DNA of 64,000 bases. Origin: Gracilinanus agilis. Lineage: Eukaryota. Under the pieces are notes generated by a model. That model was not told the origin of the DNA. It ran no database searches and was given only the letters and a program-made list of their open reading frames with translations. Positions 35,376-48,049 of the stretch are shown here, piece by piece (positions within the stretch are counted from its first letter, which is position 1; every line of letters starts with the position of its first letter). The stretch covers positions 175,281,152 to 175,345,151 of the forward strand of contig NC_058135.1 of the NCBI RefSeq assembly GCF_016433145.1, written 5' to 3'. The position numbers and the translations under genes were made by a program.

Positions 35376-35567
35376 TTTTTTTCTTTTTTCCTTAAACCTT
35401 TCCTTTTTGTCTTAGTATCAGTAAGACCGAAGGACAAGGATTAGGCAATGGGGCTTAAGTGATTTGCTCGGAGTCACACAGCTAGGAAGTATGTGAGGCC
35501 AGATTTGAACCCAGGTCCCTCCTGACTCCAGGCCTGGTGCTCTATCCACTGTGCCACCTGGCTGCCC
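35376..35567 (-). mobile_element. Antisense SINE1-type SINE inside the RBM47 3' UTR
   Basis: Reverse complement GGGCAGCCAGGTGGCACAGTGGATAGAGCACCAGG...GGTTCAAATC...; TSD ATTGAATTTC at 35366-35375 and 35568-35577. Confidence 0.88.
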
Positions 35568-37097
35568 ATTGAATTTCCTTTCTAATTCTCTTGAATTTTC
35601 ATTGTTTTTGAAGTGTAAGTTGTAGTGACAGAGAATGTGCATTTTAATTGTAGACAGGGTCCAAAAGAGTTCTTGTCAGCAGGAAGTTCTGCTTTATCTA
35701 CTTGCCATCTCATGATCATGTTTCATTGTAAAATTTCTGCTGTAGCTGGAAATGTTAGGAATACTATGCTTGTAAAATGGGTCTTTTCGCCATTCACTGT
35801 GCACAAGTAACTTAGGTGAATTAAGTTTGGGAGAGCAGATCCCGGAAGAGGAGAAACATGTAGGAGTTTTAAAAGTATATTGATACCTTCTACTCTACAT
35901 TTTTAAAGTTGTTTTATGTTGCAAGAGTGTATGGTGTGGGTTTTGCCACAAAATGAAACCATCTTATTTCAATGTTATTAATAAGGTTGATAGTTTTTTT
36001 TTTCTGTTGCTATTAGGAAGTAACTATATTATTGCAGTGTTTTGTGGCCTGTTTAAAGGCTTTTATTTAGCAGACTGAATGTAAAATACAGTAAATGTTG
36101 ATTCTCACCCACTTTATGACTGCATCAGCTATGACGAGGAAATTGAAGAAAGTGAGGTGTGCAATAGGTAAAGAATATGCAGTTGTGTTTTTATGTCATG
36201 TTGTAGATCCATCAGATCTTTCCACCCATGGAATTTTTGCTCATGGAAATATAAAATTTCTGTGTGTGGACAGAAAGCAGGATCACTCCCTTAGAAAAAT
36301 ATTTTAGATTTTGTTTAAAAATATAAATTAAGAGATTCCCAAATGCCTATTTTCTCATCTTCTGATGAGAAGGGTTTTTTTATATATAAATGATATTTAT
36401 TTAACTATTCTATAAAATTATTGAGTGCCAGGAGAGGCCTTTATACACTCTTAACATTCTTTTCCATGATTTTAAAACAACACTGAGAGAATAGAGCAGT
36501 TGTGCAATGTTCTAAAAAAACCTATCTTGAAACCTGCATCCAGACTCTAGCCTATTAGGATAAATAATGTATTGAATTTTTATTTGGGCCAGGTCTTCAT
36601 CCTATGAAACAGAAAGAAATATTCTCTTTCATTGCCAATGGTAGAGAATTACTTTGGAGCTGTTTTTTTTTAATAGGATGAGATTCTGCCACCTTGTTCT
36701 TACTGTATTTTACATGTGCCTGTAAATTAAGTGCAAAAAAAAAGAAGATATTTTATCATGGCAGATACCAAACTACCTTAAAACTGATGTTTGTCACATA
36801 GCCAGTTAAATATCAATGAGCCTTTTATCTCTTCTGGTCTATCTGTACCTGTTGTTTCAAAACCATTTCATGTACACTACTGAGACAAGTCTATAACTTG
36901 AAATGTGAAGTTTTGGGATTTGTTTTTTTGTTTTTGTTTTGTTTTTAGGTTAAGGACAAACTAGACCAAAAAGGTTGGCCTGACCTATTTTTGAATGTGG
37001 GATTAGTTTAGTTATTATCTTTACTCTTTGTATTTTGGAAAGCCTTTAAGTTTATTTAGTTCTTGCTCCTTTTATAGAACATTCTTAGGATGTAGTT

Positions 37098-37163
37098 AAT
37101 AAAGCATTCTTTAAAGAAATTTTTGCTGTTTCATTTCAAATTCTGGATTTCAATCTTAATAAA
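37098..37163 (+). terminator. Distal polyadenylation signals AATAAA (37098-37103 and 37158-37163)
   Basis: Two canonical hexamers at the end of the repeat-free UTR; the first is followed by U/GU-rich tttttgctgtttc. A third AATAAA lies at 37262-37267. Confidence 0.65.
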
Positions 37164-37379
37164 AGATGCTACATTTACACACATCCAAAAACAATTTACA
37201 CGAAATTAGGAAACTACTTTAGGAAGAATGATTCAATAACTTTGGTTTTGCCAGTTTGGGAAATAAAAGTGGAACTTAATCTCGGTTTGGAAATCTAATT
37301 GAAGTTGGTGTGCTTAGCTAAAATGCATGTTATCTACATCTTTACCTGATCTCTCTTCATGTTTAGTGAATGGTTTAAG

Positions 37380-37870
37380 TGATTAATGTTTGCAGAGCAT
37401 TGTGCTATACTAGAGAGAAAGTTTAGATTAACAGACCCTATCTAGGAGGGGATCAGAAAGTAGAAACAAAACCATAAATAATCATTACGTGTTTAATATG
37501 GTTACGAGGCTCAAAACAATACTATATGAAATCTGATAGGAAAGACATTTCCATCTGGAGCCATCAGGGAAGGCTTCATGAGCAATGTAGCCTTGGAGTT
37601 GTATTTTTAAAAGATTAGGAGGGATTAAATAGAAGACTGAAAAGACATTCTAGCCATGGGGGCACGATTCAGAGCAGAAATATGGACCATGAAGGCAAAA
37701 CACAATAGAACAATTTGACCAGAATGTAAAGTGCACCAAGTAGATTAAAGGCAGGAGGGGACAAAGGGGCAAAGGGACCAAATTTATGCATAATGAAGCT
37801 AATTCTGGCAGGACTATAAGATGAACTAGAGGAGGGGAGATCCACCTGGAGTCTTGCAATTATTCAGGTG
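37380..37870 (-). mobile_element. L2 fragment just downstream of the RBM47 poly(A) region
   Basis: atcagggaaggcttcatgag...gccttggagttg..., gcaggactataag motifs. Confidence 0.5.
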
Positions 37871-39207
37871 TATCTATAAAGCATGGTAAATGGAGAGTTG
37901 ATGCAGACCTGGAATCCAATTAGTCACTGGGTTCTGGCTATTCTACCTCTAAAGAATCTTTCTTTTTTTTTTCTTTTTCTTTTTTTTTTCTCCTTTCTTT
38001 TTATACTCTTGTCTTCTGTCTTAGCATTAGTTCTAAGGCAGAAGAGCAACAAGAACTAAGCAATTGGGGTTAAGTTACTTGCCTAGGATCACACAGCAAG
38101 GAAGTATCTTGAGGCCAGATCTGAACCCTCATCTTCCAAACTCCTGGCCTGGCACTCTTTATCTGCTGTAGTACCTAGCTACCCCCACAGCACCTCTTAA
38201 TGAAGGTTTGAGACATCAGTGAAGGAATCTCCTATCTGGACTGGGGTTTCACTTTTTTATCTTCCCCATTCAAGAGTTTCTTTCTTCCCCCCAAAAAATG
38301 TATGAATAGAAACTAGATAAGAATCTATTGCTTCTTTAGTGGCCACATATAATCAATGCTATAAACTTTACATGAATCACAGCCTTTGAAACCAAAATCC
38401 TTCTAGTTCTCTGTTCTCAGTTGAGACATTATAAGGAAAGGTTTTAAAAACAAAGAAAGAAACAAACAAACAAAAACACCTTGCCCTTTTCCATGGAAAC
38501 TGCCCTTAGGAATAATAGTATTACTGGAAAAACAAGAACATAGCCACCATCTATAAATACAAATATTCAAGTGAACATGGGATGGATTTTTTAAAACTTT
38601 TAATTATCCAGAAAACAAATGCCATATTCTAATTGACTTTGCCAGTGGACATCTAGCCACCTTAATCTTTTCATCTTTGCTGGGACTTATATCTAGCATT
38701 CCTTCCAATTTTGATCTTTTGCTCCCTTTCAACTAAATACAATACATCCACTACCAGTAGAATATTCCCAAGATACTCTGGCACTAGATGTCCTTTATAA
38801 GAGTAGAGTAATGCACCAGTACTTCCTTAGAGACGTACAAGCTCTCCTTGAGTCCCTACCAAATCCTCCAATTAACATACCAGACAGTACCATCATTTAA
38901 AAACAAACCAAAAAAAAAAAGCATTCAAAATCAGTTTAGGCTTAAAGAGGAAATTAAAGGTTATTTCGCATATGTCCTTCTTTTAATTCTTTTTTTTGTT
39001 GTTGTTGTTGCATTTTTGTGGGAATCCCATGGGATTATAGTATTATAGAATAATAGCTAGCATTTATATTGTTTTTTATGTGTCCTGCACTGTGCTAAAC
39101 ACTTTGCAAATATTATTTAATCCTCACAACTCTGGGAGGTAGGTGCCATTATTATCCCCATTTTACAGTCAGGAAAACTTGAGGCAGGCAAATTAAGTGA
39201 CCTGCTC

Positions 39208-39388
39208 TGGGAGCAGCTAGATGATAGAGAGCCAGGCCTGGGTTTAAATCTAGCTTCAGATACTCCCTACTTATGTGACATTAGGCAAGTCATTTAACTC
39301 ACTGCCTACCCCTTACTTCTCTTTTGCATTGGAACTGATACTTAGGGCTAATTCTAAAACAAAAGGTGTTTTTGTTTTTGTTTTTTCA
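39208..39388 (+). mobile_element. SINE1-type SINE nested in an antisense MIR (about 39040-39490)
   Basis: TSD TTAAGTGAC(C/T)TGC(T/C)CT on both sides; the MIR resumes after the insertion. Confidence 0.75.
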
Positions 39389-39679
39389 TTTAAGTGACTT
39401 GCCCTGGTTTATATAGCTAGTAAATATCTGGGTCTGGGCTCAAATTCAGCAGGTCCTCTTGACTTCTAGCCCTGCACTCTCTCCAATCCTCTACCTAGTG
39501 GCCTCAAAAGGACGGAAATTGTGCATTTGGCTGCAAGTTGATGTTTGTATTTTTTTCATCTAGTAGTGCCTTTAGCAAGTATGAGTGTGGCTGGCAAATA
39601 TATAAACTGGACACATTTTTAAGCCAATCTCCTGGACTGACTGATGGATTACATTCAGGGTTAAGAAGTATTGTGACAG

Positions 39680-39888
39680 GGGCAGCTGGGTAACTCAGTG
39701 GATTGAGAGTCAGGCCTAGAGACCGGAGGTCCTAGGTTCAAATCTGGCCTCAGACACTTCTCAGCTGTGTGACCCTGGGCAAGTCACTTGACCCCCATTG
39801 CCCACCCTTACTACTCTTCTACCTAGGAGCCAATACACAGAAGTTAAGGGTTTAAAAATGTAAAAAAAAAAAAAAAAGAAGAAGAAGT
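39680..39888 (+). mobile_element. Young SINE1_Mdo-type SINE
   Basis: TSD AGTATTGTGACAG at 39667-39679 and 39889-39901; long A tail. Confidence 0.92.
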
Positions 39889-40459
39889 AGTATTGTGACA
39901 GCAAACCAAACACTACTTACCACCTTTTAAAAAATGAACCTTTTGGGGGCACCTGGGTAGCTCAGTGGATTGAGAGCCAGGTCTAGAGACAGGTGGTTCT
40001 AGGTTCAAATCTGGCCTCAGACACTTTCCAGCTGTGTGACCCTGGGCAAGTCACGACCCCCATTGCCTACCCTTACCACTCTTCTGGTATTTGTCTGCAT
40101 ATCTGTTGTAGGCCCGTTTTGATTTGGGGCTAAGTTTGAATTTTATACAGTATTTTGCTCAAGATAAAACAACTAGTTAAACTTATCAATGATTCTGTTT
40201 ATATTTCCTTTATGTGGGCTAATCAAAGTGCTGTTCTTTCTGAGTTCAAATCTGATCTCACATACTTACTAGCTGTGTGACCCTGGGCAAGTCACTTAAG
40301 CCTGCTGTCTTAGTTTCCTCATCTATAAGATGAGCTTGAGAAAGAAATGGCAAGCCACTCCAATATCTTTGCCAAGAAAATCTCAAATGAGATCATGAAG
40401 AATCAGACACAACTGGACAGCAATAACAATTGAAATACTAGTTAGTTGTTAGCTTTCCT

Positions 40460-40790
40460 CATTCATGGAGAGACAGTGTAGTCTCTTGGACTCAGGAATT
40501 ACCTAGGTTCAAGTGTTTTCTCTGATACCTGCAGACTGTAACTGGATGAATCACTTAATCTCCCATGCACCAAGCACCTATCTTAAGACTATAAGTTGAC
40601 AGTGGAAATGCATGTTGGCTACGGGGTGTGGGTGGAGGGGAGAGTAAGAATATGAATCATGTAACCATGGAAAAATTTTCTAAAAATTAAAATTAAAAAA
40701 AAAAGACTATAAGTTGAAAAGTAGGTATTGATCCTCATTGGTAGAGTTTCCTTAGTGGGAGTTTACTATACCAATGAAAATACCAATCCA
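40460..40790 (+). mobile_element. Marsupial CORE-SINE with a non-MIR tail (subfamily not assignable); related pieces at about 21170-21360 (+) and 61870-62100 (-)
   Basis: Shared tail aagactataagttg...cattggtagag.tttcct...gggagtt...ataccaatgaaa. Confidence 0.55.
40600..40702 (+). mobile_element. About 100-bp extreme 3' stub of L1 with A tail and perfect 15-bp TSD, inserted in a SINE
   Basis: TSD AAGACTATAAGTTGA at 40585-40599 and 40703-40717; ...atgtaaccatggaaaa.tttctaaaaat.aaa terminus is shared with 56327-56450. Confidence 0.8.
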
Positions 40791-42392
40791 GCTCTTCCAA
40801 CTCAGTCACTAATTGTTGGAGGAGCTATTCAAGATCTTTTACCAAGCCCCAAAGAGCAGAACTAGGAATGATGAGAGATTTCAAAGAGAAAATTTCAACT
40901 ATATGTAAAGGAAAACTTACAGCTAACAAGTCATTTATTAAGCACCTACTATGTGCCAGACACTGTGCTAAGGTCTGGTAACACAAAATCAAAACAAAAC
41001 AACAAATGTAGTCCAACTTGGGAGATAAAGAATTGCAATGAGTATTCCTGGTCAGGAGGAGAAATGATATGGGCTTCCTTCCCACTCTTGAGTTCTAGGG
41101 ATTTATTGTAAATTGCATACAAAATTTGGGAAATCTAAACATGCTTGTGGAAATTCAAAGTAGAGTTACTCATCTCAAGAACAAAAATGGCTTTAGTCAA
41201 AAAGGAGCATAGTACCTAACCATTAGCTGATGTATCCTTTTTAGCTAATATTAGTCTTCTTGTGGTCATTCATTTATTGAAGATAATCATTGATTTTGAC
41301 AGTAGTCGGGGCATGGAGAATGAGGAGCTAGTTATGAAGTAGTGATTCTATCAGCATTTCTTAAAGGCTAGTTCAACCAGCAATTGGTTATCAGTGTATT
41401 TGTTGCTGAATTTGGGATACTTTAATGGATTCAGAAGGCCTGTGACTTTTATTGTTCTGTTTTCCTCCTTTCACATATTTTTCCAACAATGAAAACGGTA
41501 AGAAGGAAGAGGTCTGTTGCCTTGTTCTTGTGATAGCTATTCAGCTCTATTTCTTTATGACTCCTGACAATCCTACAAATGACTTTAAAAATTCAACTAG
41601 TTTATACATTTCTACTAACCTTCAGTTGCTTTCAACCCCATAATAAAGATTCTTCAACCAGTATTCTTCAAAGAAATTTCTGAATTAATCAATGATTACT
41701 TGATAGATTAAGAAAGGATTGATGTTTCTAGCACAATTTTTCTTATAGACTGGACACTGGTGGAGAGGAGTTCCTGGAAAGGTTGATAGAATCACAAAGT
41801 GGATATTTTAGTCAAGTGAAATGCCATGGTATCTTGATAAATTAGTCCTCTAGGAGCTAAGGGTCTTTATAATAGTATTTATAAAGTAATATAAAAGTAA
41901 TACTGATTTTAAAAAAACACTTCAGAAACCAACCAAAACTTGTGGTTTTTAATGACATGGTTCAACTCTTTTCACAAGCTGAGCTATTCTATTCACAAGT
42001 GTGATAGTCCTCATATTGCTCCAGTTCCTCTGCTGCACTCTACTAAGATGCCTATGTTTGGTGTGCAGACTTTTGCCATATTCTACCATCCCCTACTTCT
42101 GGGTGAGCTTGTGCAACATTTGTAGTAGAGCACTTGCCAACCAGTCTGGTATACTGAGGCACATGGCTCAGAGATCAGCTGGTGGCCTTCACAATCTCCT
42201 TCATAGCCCTGGCAAGATCAAAAGAATCTAGAACAAGAAAACCCACTGCCAATTGCCCTTTGGAGTCCTCAAAAACCACTTTTAAGATCCCTATGGACAG
42301 GAGTTATATCAATTATTAGGATGTGAATGCTGCCAACATTGACTGGAACAGCCTCAATAAAGCATTACCTTTGCTTGGTACTTCTCCTATAG

Positions 42393-42601
42393 CAGGGGTC
42401 GGCAACCTTTTTGGCTGTGAGAGCCATTTTTTTAAAAATGTAATTTCGTGAGAGCCGTACAGTGCTCACAATGTGCACTCCTGTAACAGTGCCTGAAAAA
42501 AAATTGACTTTATGGCTCCTGCAAAAAGAGCCTTATCAGGCCCTCAAAAGGGCCTTATCAGGCCCAGATATGGCTCGAGAGCCATACATTGCTGACCCCT
42601 G
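42393..42601. mobile_element. 209-bp hAT-superfamily MITE
   Basis: TIR CAGGGGTCGGCAAC / ATTGCTGACCCCTG; perfect 8-bp TSD TCCTATAG at 42385-42392 and 42602-42609. Confidence 0.9.
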
Positions 42602-44829
42602 TCCTATAGGATCCTGCCACATTTGACATTCCTATGATCAAAGTGACTATCCTTTTCTGCTCAGTCACTTAGGATTCTTGTATAATTGGGAAACAAAATT
42701 AAAATTTTAAAAGGTAAAAGCAAAACAAGCTGGTCTGAACCAAAAATTCTTCAATTTCTATTTACCTATGGATAAAAAAAGGTAACTGGATAGAGTTTAA
42801 GCAAAATGATATTTTTTTCTATGTTCTTTTCTTTCCTTTGAGGTAACCCTCTGCCTTCTTCAGAAGTTCTCTATATAGTCCATAACTTCTTAAATGTGGA
42901 TCCCTGAAAGCTACAAAATCAGGTTCAAGCCACACTTTGGATCGGCTACTATTCAAAGCTCAAACTTAGCCCCCATCTGATGCTTTAAAAAAAACAAACA
43001 AAAAAAAAAAAACAGACTAAACCAGAAGGCGTATTCAAAATAAAGGAGGTTAATCAACAAGAGAATAAATAACAACCTACCTTCTATCCCTACACAAAGG
43101 GACACTCCCAAAGGTTTGTACATGGATAGCCAAAGCAATTTTTGCTTCTAGGACTACATCCTTCATAGGACACACCTTAGCTTCTAAAATAATCACTTGC
43201 CGCTTCTCTGAAGAACCACTGACGTACTCTGCTGAGGACATCAACCAGATCGGTGTCTCCTCTGAGCTGCTACTATCATTTACTGGGTCTCAACTGCGTT
43301 GTTCTTGATTTTCAGTGTCTTTTCCACAGAAATATGTTGAGGTATTTGTTGCTGTGTATAAGTCTGGTTCATTGGCTCAAAACTAGTTCAGCTCTTTTGT
43401 AAGTCATATTGACATGTACACCCAGTTAACACAGAAAGAATCCTTTAAGTCATTTTTGTCTTTTGAACTATTCTGCTTCACCTTCAGTACCAGTTGCTCT
43501 TAAGTGTTCCCGCTATTGAGACTTGGGTAAATTCCTCCGAAGTCCCACCATATCTCTGAAAGTTAAGAGAGTAAGTACCAAGGCTGATATGATCTTACAG
43601 GATGATGACGTTCTCTGTGGCTTGATGTAGAAGTCAGTCCAAACGAGTGCATTTGCCTACCTCTCCATTGCTTTTGTCCTCTATATTTTCAGGGAGTTCA
43701 ACTAATCCCTATGGACAATAAGTGGTTATGATATATTGTCTTTACAGGAATCTGACCCCTCTTCAAAGTTATTTTGTAGCAAATTATCCAATATTTTAAC
43801 TACCTGGTATTTTGTAGTTCTCCATCAGTCTTTTCCCCTCAACACCAAGATTTCTTAACAGAACATTTTCCTCCCTCTTTTATGCTTGACATCAAAACTG
43901 AAAATGCTGTTCCAATTTGTTCCTCTCAATTTATCAGAATTTAGGGAAAAGTTAGGTAATATGTTTCAATCTCTCAGCAAAGATATCCTACTTTTGAGTT
44001 TCCTTGTCATTTTTCATTTTCTGAGTCTCTGAAACACATTATTAGCTACTTATAACTCTTGCCCAAGCAATAGTGCTATGTTATAAAGCTCGTGGCCTTA
44101 TTCTGGGTAATTATATGTAGACACTGTGCTGGCTCCACTGAGCCAAAGGCTTAATGGCCCCCAGTATGTTCAGTAGCATGGAATTGAAATATTCCCAGTC
44201 TCCTTGTGGATGAAAGACTAGATTTCTTGATGCCTCCAAGAATTAGAACTTTAAAGAGCTTGTTCTCCCTACCTGCCCTCCCCACTCTACCCCACCAAAA
44301 AAACTTAACCCTTGTCAAAATGGATCCAGGCAGGGAAGGAATATATAGTTTCTCTTGAAACAACTTAAACAGATTTTGGTTTCTGGTACACCTATGCATA
44401 CTAAGTGAGATAGATGATCTTTCACCAACTGCAGAGAGTTGGATATGGTTTTCCTATTAACATCTAAAGATTTTTTAAAAGTCTATACACAAAATCCCCA
44501 AACCAAACAAATAATTATTCACCAAATAAGTTGTACATCCATAGCACTTTCCTCTGGGCAACTAGATGGCCCAGTCTACATAGCACTGGAAGATCCTGTT
44601 TTCAAATCTGGTGTCAGACATTAGCTATGTGACTGAGCAAATTGCTTAACCTCTTTTTGCCTCAGTAAAATGGGCTTAATAGTACCTATTTCATAGTGTT
44701 GTGAAGATCAGACAAGATATTTGTAAATCCCCGATTACCATGTCTGATGTAATAGACATTATATAAATTTATATTTTTTATATTTAATATATAAATTATA
44801 TAAATGCTTATTAACTTTTTCCCTCTCTG

Positions 44830-47800
44830 AACAAAATTTGGAGGATGTAGGCAAAGCAGTACTTAGAGGAAAATTCTTATCTCTAGATATTTACATCAAT
44901 AAAATAAAGAGCAGATCAATGAATTGGAGATGCAACAAAAAAAAAAAACTAGAAAAAGAACAAATTAAAAATCTCCAATTAAATACCAAATTGAAAATCT
45001 TAAAAATCAAAGGAGGGATTAACAAAATTTAAAGAAGAAAACCATTGAACTAATAAATAAGACAAGGAGTTTGGTTTTATGAAAAAATAAATAAAAAAGA
45101 TAAACCATTGGTTAGCTTGTTTTTTAAAAAAGAAAACCAAATTGCCAGCATTAAAAATGAAAAAAGGCAAAATCACAACCAATGAAGAAGAAATTAAAAT
45201 ATATTGGGAGTCATTTTGCCCATGTATGCCAATAAATCTGACAACCTAAGTGAAATACACAAATACTTACAAAATCATAAATACACATTAACAAAAGAGA
45301 AAATAGAATATTTAAATAACCCCCTCAGAAAAGGAAATTGAACAAAACATCAAAGATAAGAAAAAGGCCCCATGGCCAGATGGATTCACAAGTGAATTTT
45401 ATCAAACATTCAGAGAACAACTAACTCCAATACTATATAAACTATTGAGGGGAAATAGAGGAAGAGGGAATCCTTCCAAACTCTATGACAGATGTGGTAT
45501 TAATATCTATATTAAGAAGAACCAAAACAGACATCAATGCAAAAAAATTTTTAAATAAAATACTAGCAAGGAGATTATAGCTTTATTATATCACAAGACT
45601 CTTACACCATGATCAGGTTGGTTTTATACTAGGAATGCAGGAATGGTTCAATATTAGGGAAACTATAGGCAAAATTGAACATATCAATAATAAGATCAAC
45701 AGAAACCACATGATTATCTCAATACATGCAAAAAAAGAACTTTACAAAATATAATATCTATTCCTTACAAAAACATTAGAAAACATTGAAATAAGTGGAA
45801 CCTTTCTCAAAGTGATAAATAGGCTCCATCTAAAATCATCAGTAAGCATTATGTATAATGGGGATAAATTAAAGCCCTCTCCAACAAGAGAAATGATAAA
45901 GCAAGGATTCCTGTTTTCACCCCTATTATTTAACATTGTACTGGAAATGCTCACTATAGCAGTAAGATTAGAAAAAGAAATTGAAGAAATTGGAATAGGC
46001 AATGAAGAGACAAAGTTATCACTATTTGCAGATGATATGATGGTATACCTAGAAAATCCTAGAGAATCAACCAAGAAAAAACAATTAACAACTTCATCAA
46101 AGTTGCAGGTTACAAAGTACATAAATCACCAGAATTTCTATTTCCCAGCAACAAAATCTACCAGGAAGAGATAGAAAAGGAAATTCCATTCAAAATAACT
46201 GTAGACAATATAAAATATTTGGGGTTATACCTATCAAAGCAAACCTAGCAATGATATGAACACAGTTCCAAAACACTTCACACAAATAAAGTCAGACCTA
46301 AACAATTAGAAAAACATTAATTGTTCATGGATAGGCTGAGCCAATATAGTGAAAATGACAACCCTACCTAAATTAATTTGCCTATTCAGTGCCATACCAA
46401 CCAAACTACCCAAAAACTGTTTCACAGAACTAGAAAAAATTACAACAAAGTTCATCTGAAAGAACAAGAGGCCCAAAATATCAAGGGAATCAATGAGAAA
46501 AAAATATGAAGGAAGAGGCCTGGCCATAGCAGATATCAAACTATAATTAAAGTGGTAATCATCAACAACCTGGTACTGGCTAAGAAATAGAATGATGGAT
46601 CAATGGAATACATTAGGTAATCAACACATGGTGGTTAATGTCCATAACAGTTTAGCATTTGATAAACCCAAAGATCAAGATTTTAGGGCAAAAACTCACT
46701 ATTTGATAAAAACTACTTGGAAAACTAGAAAGCAGAATGGCAGTGACTAGACATAGACCAACATCTCACATGATACATGAGGATAAAGTCAAAATGGATA
46801 CTTGATCTAGAAATAAAGAATGACACTATAAAGAAATTAAGGGTACACAGAAAAGTTTACCTGTCAGACTTATAGATAAGGGAAGAATTTAGGACCAAGT
46901 AAGACAGAGAACATTACAAAAAATGAAATAGATCATTTAAATTACATTAAATTACAAAGGTTTTGTACAAACAAAATCAATGCAACCAAGATTAGAAGGG
47001 AGACAGCAAATTTTGGGGAAATTTTTTGGCAAATGTCTAACAAAAACTTTATTTCTCAAATATATAGAGAACTGAGTCAAATTCATAAGAATACAAAGTA
47101 TTCCTCAATCAAAAAATGATTCAGGGATACAGTTCTCTGAGTTCAAGTAGTCCTCTGAGGAAGAAATTAAACCAATCCATAGTCATATGAAAAAGTGCTC
47201 TGAATCATTATTGATTAGAGAAGTACAAATTAAAACCACCACCTCACCCCAGAAGATTGACTAACATGACCACAAAAAGAAATGATAAATGTTGGAAGGG
47301 ATGTGGAAAAATTGGGGCACTAATACAGTGTTGGTAGAACTGTGAACTGACACAACCATTCTAGAAAGCAATATGGAACTAAGCTCAAAGGGCCATGATA
47401 AATATGCATTTGACTCAGCAATACCACTAGTCGGTCTGAATCCCAAAGAGAGCTGAGTTACCAAAAAAAAAGTGTTAGCAGCTCTTTTTGTAGTGACAAA
47501 GAATTGGAAACTGAGGAGTTATCCATCACTTGAAGAACATGAATAAGTTGTGGTAGATGATTGTAATGGAATACTACTGTGGCATAAGGAACAATGAGCA
47601 AGATGAGTTCAGAAAAACCTGGAAAGACTTATATTAACTGATACAAAGTAAAATGAGCAGAATCAGGAGAACAATACATTGTATACAATAACAGAAATAT
47701 TATATGATGATCAAGTGTGAAGGTCTAAACCATTATCAGCAAAGCAAATCTCCAAGACAACCATAAGGGACTCATGATGAAAATGCTATCCACAGCCAAA

Positions 47801-48015
47801 GATGGAACTGTTGGAGTCTGAGTACAGATCAAAGCATGCCATGTTCCACTATATTTCGTTTATGAGATTTCTATTGTATGTGTGATATGTGTCTTCTATC
47901 ATGACATGAGTAATATGGAAATTGTACTACATTTAGGATGTCAAAAAACAATCATCAAAAATAGTTTCTAAATGTAACTGAAAAAAAATGAAAAAGATTG
48001 GCAAAAAAAGAAAAT
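44830..48015 (+). mobile_element. 5'-truncated, decayed LINE-1 (ORF2 from the end of the endonuclease through RT, C-terminus, 3' UTR and A-rich tail)
   Basis: KAVLRGKF at about 44853; [13 protein letters not shown]-like at about 45370; QGFLFSPLLFNIVLE and LFADDM (TTTGCAGATGATATG 46025-46039); many stops and frameshifts; 3' UTR follows about 47600. Confidence 0.93.
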
Positions 48016-48049
48016 AATTATGCTATAAAAATAGGAAGCATCAATTCAA

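Larger units (their letters stand above)
34395..37185 (+). other. RBM47: RBM47 3' UTR (about 2.7-2.8 kb; end inferred)
   Basis: AU-rich sequence, nearly repeat-free apart from one SINE, running from the stop codon to clustered AATAAA hexamers. Repeat-dense DNA resumes after about 37380. Confidence 0.7.

Noticed and set aside
42310-42350. DVNAANIDW, reminiscent of the GDFNxPxIDW endonuclease motif of CR1/L2 LINEs
   Set aside because: Single short motif with key residues missing; I found no other endonuclease motifs in the flanks.
45742-46539. ORFs of 77-126 aa in the 45.7-46.5 kb region as independent genes
   Set aside because: Fragments or antisense shadows of the decayed L1 ORF2.
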